Shown here: positions 60,649 through 64,000 of the stretch, piece after piece
Layout: each line of letters starts with the position of its first letter
Position numbering within the stretch: position 1 is the stretch's first letter
Origin: Terriglobia bacterium
Lineage (GTDB): Bacteria > Acidobacteriota > Terriglobia > Terriglobales > SCQP01
DNA length: 64,000 nucleotides
Direction: 5' to 3'
NCBI GenBank assembly: GCA_021323595.1
Contig: JAJPKR010000012.1
Coordinates: 4,056 to 68,055, forward strand
Notes under the pieces: generated by a model
Databases searched by the model: none
Told to the model about the DNA's origin: nothing
Seen by the model: the letters and a program-made list of their open reading frames with translations, nothing else
Translations under genes and position numbers: made by a program

Positions 60649-60812
60649 AGTCTCTTAGCCGGTACGATGACGGTCATGAGTCTCTCATGGACTGCGTGAG
60701 TGCGGGCCCGGTTGACGGCAATGGGCGTGGCGGCGGCGACAGCCGCGCCGCGGCCGAAGAACGGGCTGGCGCCGGCGGCGAGCGCGGCAAGGGGCGGACT
60801 GGAAGGCGGGCG

Positions 60813-61499
60813 ATGACCGACGGCACAGCGGCGGGGACGGCGACGGCGTGGGCGGCGCCGCGCGGCTTCGCGATCGAGATGCGGGGCGCGGCGGCGCGCT
60901 GGCCGGGGCCGGGGATCGGCTTCGAATGCGACTGGCGCGGGCAGGACGCCGATCCGCGGCGGCGGACCGAGGTGCGGCTGGCGTGGACGATGGAGACCTT
61001 ATTCCTGCGCTTCGATTGCCGCTACCGGACGCTGACGGTGTTTCCGGCGGCCGCGGGCGTGGCGGGGCGGCACATGGGGCTGTGGGAACGGGACGTGGCG
61101 GAGGCGTTCTTGCGGCCCGAGCCGCGGCGGGCGCCGCCGCGCTATGGGGAGTTCGAGATCGCGCCCAACGGGCTGTGGCTGGACCTGGACATCGATTGGG
61201 AGCGGGGGGCGGTGGGCGCGGGGGCGGCGCGGGAGCTGCGCAGCGGCATGGGGTCGGCGGCGTGGATCGACCGGGCGCGGCGGCGCTGGACGGCGGAGCT
61301 GGCCATCCCGATGCAGGCGCTCACGCGCGAGTTCGATCCGGGGCGGCCGTGGCGGGCGAATTTCTTTCGCGTCGAGGGCGCGCGCGAGCCGCGCGGCTAC
61401 TTCGCCTGGCGGCCGACCGGCACGCCGCAGCCGCAGTTCCACGTGCCCGCCGCCTTCGGCCGGCTGCGCTTCGCGCGGGGAGGCGGCGGAGGCGGCTAA
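60813..61499 (+). CDS. Carbohydrate-binding family 9-like (DOMON-like) domain protein
   Basis: Trimmed to the ATG at 60813. The regions LRFDCRY......W..DV.E.FL.P......Y.EFE..PNG.W.DL and ...RANFFRVEG resemble my recollection of CBM9-like proteins. No signal peptide is evident, and the call is recollection-level only. Confidence 0.45.
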   Translation: MTDGTAAGTATAWAAPRGFAIEMRGAAARWPGPGIGFECDWRGQDADPRRRTEVRLAWTMETLFLRFDCRYRTLTVFPAAAGVAGRHMGLWERDVAEAFLRPEPRRAPPRYGEFEIAPNGLWLDLDIDWERGAVGAGAARELRSGMGSAAWIDRARRRWTAELAIPMQALTREFDPGRPWRANFFRVEGAREPRGYFAWRPTGTPQPQFHVPAAFGRLRFARGGGGGG

Positions 61500-61749
61500 G
61501 TATAGAGCGCACGCTTGACGCACCGCGTCGGGCGCGAAGCGCGGCGGGCGCGGCCGGGGGCGCGGCGGAAGCGCGCGCGCCAGGCCCACCAGCGGTTCTT
61601 CGCGCTGTGGCGCAACGCCGATGCCGGCGTGCCGGTGCTGCGGCAGCCGCGGGCCGAGTACGCCAAATGGGGCGGCGGGCCGCGCGTGGTAAAATCGCAG
61701 GGAATCGGGCGTTTGCGCGCCCGACCGTCCGACGTCTCGCCGCTGCGGC

Positions 61750-61826
61750 AGGCGCGTAGCTCAGTTGGTTAGAGCGCTACCTTGACACGGTAGAGGTCTG
61801 GGGTTCGAGTCCCCACGTGCCTACCA
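61750..61826 (+). tRNA. tRNA-Val (anticodon GAC), with an encoded CCA end
   Basis: A hand-folded cloverleaf gives acceptor AGGCGCG/CGTGCCT (one G-T), D arm GCTC-AGTTGGTTA-GAGC, anticodon arm CTACC-TTGACAC-GGTAG, variable loop AGGTC, T arm TGGGG-TTCGAGT-CCCCA, discriminator A and CCA. Confidence 0.9.
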
Positions 61827-62015
61827 TTACTTTCAACAACTTGGGTTTTGGTGGCCCTTGGAAAGTAGGGACGGTCAGGTTGGTCCGGTTTCGTCGTTTG
61901 CCCCGGCCGACTGCCCTGTTGGAAAATGGGACAGCTTTAGGCCTCGAGCAGCCGTGGCAAAAATATTAGTCCCGCGGGAGCCCTTGGCGAGGAGACAAGC
62001 CGGGGCGGACTGGGC

Positions 62016-62756
62016 CTAGCGGCCCGCCACGCGCCCAGCGGCAATCGCCTTGGCCAATAGCGATGAGATGAATTGCTCGAAGCGAAGCTCGGCGGCCGGT
62101 TCGCGATATTCGCCGTGGCGATTGGGCTCGCCGCTAGCGAGCAGCAGGCAAGCCGAATCGTATAGCCGTTCGCGCACCATCTTGGTCAGCAACAGCTCGT
62201 AGCGCTTGGCGTAGGAGGCGTCGCGAAATTCGTCGAAGACCCGGTAATGTGGCTCCCGCGCCCGCACCGGAGCGTTGGAATTGTCGCAGTCCTCGAGCAG
62301 CATCAAGTAGCCGAGCCAGGGCCGGCCCGAGGGCTTGAACGCGCCCTCGCGGTAGGCGGCCCAGAGGTCGGTGGCGTTGCCCAGCGCCTCTTCGGTGCGG
62401 TTGTTGTAGTTGTTTCCGAACGATGGCCCGACCTGCGATTTGAACTCGATGCCGGCCAGGAAATTCCCGTTACTGACCACGATCAAGTCCCACTGCTTTT
62501 CAGGCCGATACCAGCCCGGCAGCTCGAGGTGGCTCTCGCAATGCACGCTGGTGCGGGGCATGCCGTACTCGGTCAGCACGTCTCGGACCAGGCTGACGAA
62601 GCCATCCATCTGCGCTCCGCCCGTAACCGCCGCCCGTTCGCCCGCGTCGCGCGATCCTGTTTTCGCGCCCTGCTTCTCCGATTGGGCCCGCCGCACCTGC
62701 CAAAACTGGCGCACCGCTTCGCGTAACTTGACCTGAATATCGGGTGCAAGCGGCAT
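62016..62756 (-). CDS. Type II restriction endonuclease (PD-(D/E)xK fold), possibly XhoI/PaeR7I-like
   Basis: 246 aa lying 6 nt downstream of a DNA methyltransferase on the same strand. A catalytic-core-like WDLIVV...AGIEFKSQVGPSFGNNYNNRTEEALG (D...ExK) is present. The family name is from memory only. Confidence 0.65.
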   Translation of the reverse strand: MPLAPDIQVKLREAVRQFWQVRRAQSEKQGAKTGSRDAGERAAVTGGAQMDGFVSLVRDVLTEYGMPRTSVHCESHLELPGWYRPEKQWDLIVVSNGNFLAGIEFKSQVGPSFGNNYNNRTEEALGNATDLWAAYREGAFKPSGRPWLGYLMLLEDCDNSNAPVRAREPHYRVFDEFRDASYAKRYELLLTKMVRERLYDSACLLLASGEPNRHGEYREPAAELRFEQFISSLLAKAIAAGRVAGR

Positions 62757-62762
62757 GGGGCT

Positions 62763-63791
62763 TTACGCCGCTTCCACCCGAACCTTGGCCGTGCTGAACA
62801 GGCTCAGCAAGTCGCAGTGAATGCGCTTCTGCGCCAGCTCGAGGTAGTGCGGGTCAATCTCGACACCGATGCTGTTGCGTCCGCACAGCCCGGCGGCAAC
62901 CGTGGTGGTGCCGGTGCCGAGGAACGGGTCAAGCACTGTATCGCCCACGAAGCTGAACATGCGCACCAACCGCTGTGCCAGCTCGAGCGGAAACGGCGCG
63001 GGATGGTCGCGGGTCGAGGCACCTGTGACGTCACTCCAGATCTGCCGGAACCACGTCCCATGCTGCTCGGCGGAGATCAGGCTCAGCAGGCGCGTGTGCA
63101 AATCCGGCTGGCGATAGCCGCCGGGTTTGCGTTGCATCAGGATGTACTCGATGTCGTTTTTGATGACCGCGTTCGGTTCGTAGGGCTTGCCGAGGAAGCC
63201 GGGCGAGCCGTTCTCGACTTCGTAGGCCGCGTTCGCGATCTTGTGCCAGATGATTGGGGCGAGGTTGTCGAACCCGATGGCGCGACAGCGCTCTTGAATT
63301 GACGCGTGCAGCGGCACTACGGTATGCCGCCCGCCGTTTTTTCGCCGTGATAGGCAGACATCACCGACCACGCAAATCAACCGTCCACCGGGTACCAAGG
63401 CGCGATGGCAATGCCGCCAGACCCTATCAAGCTCTCCCAAGAATTGCTCGTAGTCGGCGATCTCGCCCATCTGGCCGCTAGATTGCCGGTACTGCTTCAG
63501 GGTCCAGTAGGGCGGGGAGGTGAGCACCAAATGGACGCTTTTCGGTTCGAGCCAACCCGCCTCGCGGGCATCGCCCTGGTACAGCCGGTGCTCCGTCGCC
63601 AACCCCATCGCTGCCCGCTGCAGCAAGCCCACCAGTCGCTCATCTTTCGCGATTTTGGGCAGATCCCGCTGCGCATCCGTGATCGTCCCGATCTCGCGCG
63701 GAATCAAATAGCCGAGGCCGTCGGGCAGCCTGCCCCTCGGCTCTCCGCCGGCCGGCTCGACCATGCTCGCAGCGTGTCCTTGTCGCCCCAT
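62763..63791 (-). CDS. Beta-class N4-cytosine/N6-adenine DNA methyltransferase (the SPPY motif favours m4C)
   Basis: Motif IV LVLTSPPYW precedes motif I DPFLGTGTTTVAA, which is the beta-class order. The start is at 63791 or 63764. Confidence 0.85.
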   Translation of the reverse strand: MGRQGHAASMVEPAGGEPRGRLPDGLGYLIPREIGTITDAQRDLPKIAKDERLVGLLQRAAMGLATEHRLYQGDAREAGWLEPKSVHLVLTSPPYWTLKQYRQSSGQMGEIADYEQFLGELDRVWRHCHRALVPGGRLICVVGDVCLSRRKNGGRHTVVPLHASIQERCRAIGFDNLAPIIWHKIANAAYEVENGSPGFLGKPYEPNAVIKNDIEYILMQRKPGGYRQPDLHTRLLSLISAEQHGTWFRQIWSDVTGASTRDHPAPFPLELAQRLVRMFSFVGDTVLDPFLGTGTTTVAAGLCGRNSIGVEIDPHYLELAQKRIHCDLLSLFSTAKVRVEAA

Positions 63792-63931
63792 CGCATGCTA
63801 GATTACCGCACCCGCAGCGCATGGCAGAGGGCGCTAGGGTTGCCCTGGCACGGCGGCTAGCCCGATCCGCCGTGCCTCATGCGCACGTAGCCCCATTTGC
63901 CGTTCCATTTCGATTCGTGAACAATACCGTC

Positions 63932-64000
63932 ATGAGCATCCACCCGAACCTCGCGAGCCTTGCCGAGGAAGCGATCAACGAATATCTTGAGATCGCGAGG
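63932..64000 (+). CDS. 5' end of an unidentified ORF running off the window
   Basis: The ATG at 63932 gives MSIHPNLASLAEEAINEYLEIAR..., open to the window edge. Only 23 codons are visible and no function can be assigned. Confidence 0.25.
   Translation, partial: MSIHPNLASLAEEAINEYLEIAR

Noticed and set aside
61515-61772. An 85-aa ORF upstream of and overlapping tRNA-Val.
   Set aside because: It overlaps the tRNA gene and its N-terminal half is Arg-rich junk. Only a 28-aa stretch looks protein-derived, and that stretch is reported separately as a possible gene relic, not as a live CDS.
63846-63862. A sigma54-like TGGCAC box upstream of the methyltransferase gene (CTGGCACGGCGGCTAGC).
   Set aside because: The -12 element is CTAGC rather than TTGC(A/T). 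The orientation is on the plus strand, whereas the adjacent RM genes are on the minus strand. It is most likely a chance match.

Overview
This is a very GC-rich bacterial chromosomal segment (G+C judged by eye, not computed). It is densely coded, with about 50 protein genes and one tRNA. No rRNA, CRISPR array, transposase or integrase is visible. All function calls rest on motifs I recognise in the supplied translations; no searches were run. Three ~1150-aa paralogs of the type 'carboxypeptidase-regulatory-like domain + TonB-dependent-receptor-like barrel' suggest an Acidobacteriota-like genome (inference).

Gene content in order:
- lpxC (5' truncated), gdhA and an RlmI-like methyltransferase.
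- A proteostasis-rich stretch: hsp20-clpB, htpX, an RRM RNA-binding protein, an HtrA protease, and hrcA-grpE-dnaJ-rsmE-mutT.
- Peptidases of families M42 and M20, transporters (MFS, EamA, sodium:solute symporter) and an aldehyde dehydrogenase.
- A two-component pair whose response regulator ends in a zinc ribbon, followed by treS.
- An envelope cluster: giant outer-membrane (OM) receptor 1, a Tat-signal HisC-like aminotransferase, and an HExxH / PD40 propeller / beta-barrel fusion protein.
- An alpha/beta hydrolase, DUF488 and yggS.
- A Bacillus-type fadN-fadA-fadE beta-oxidation operon with a trailing P-loop kinase.
- Patatin, an orphan trpD, and sucCD-ndk.
- Two tandem giant OM receptors, then a penicillin-acylase-family Ntn hydrolase and a CBM9-like protein.
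- tRNA-Val(GAC), followed by a visibly lower-GC type II restriction-modification pair that runs toward the window edge.

Observations most worth a second look:
1. A perfect 9-bp inverted repeat over the -35 of the hsp20-clpB promoter, inside an AT-rich island. It matches neither CIRCE nor HAIR.
2. The envelope cluster at 27.4-35.5 kb, including an unresolved head-to-head start-codon arrangement.
3. The tandem receptor / acylase / CBM9-like locus, and the ~750-bp non-coding tract within it that carries nested helices and degenerate repeats.
4. The RM islet next to the tRNA.
5. Two short relics of larger genes: a CXXCH tail and a TPR-type C-terminal tail.

Many very long ORFs in the track, including a 3235-aa one, are antisense or out-of-frame artefacts of GC-rich coding DNA. 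They are listed as rejected.
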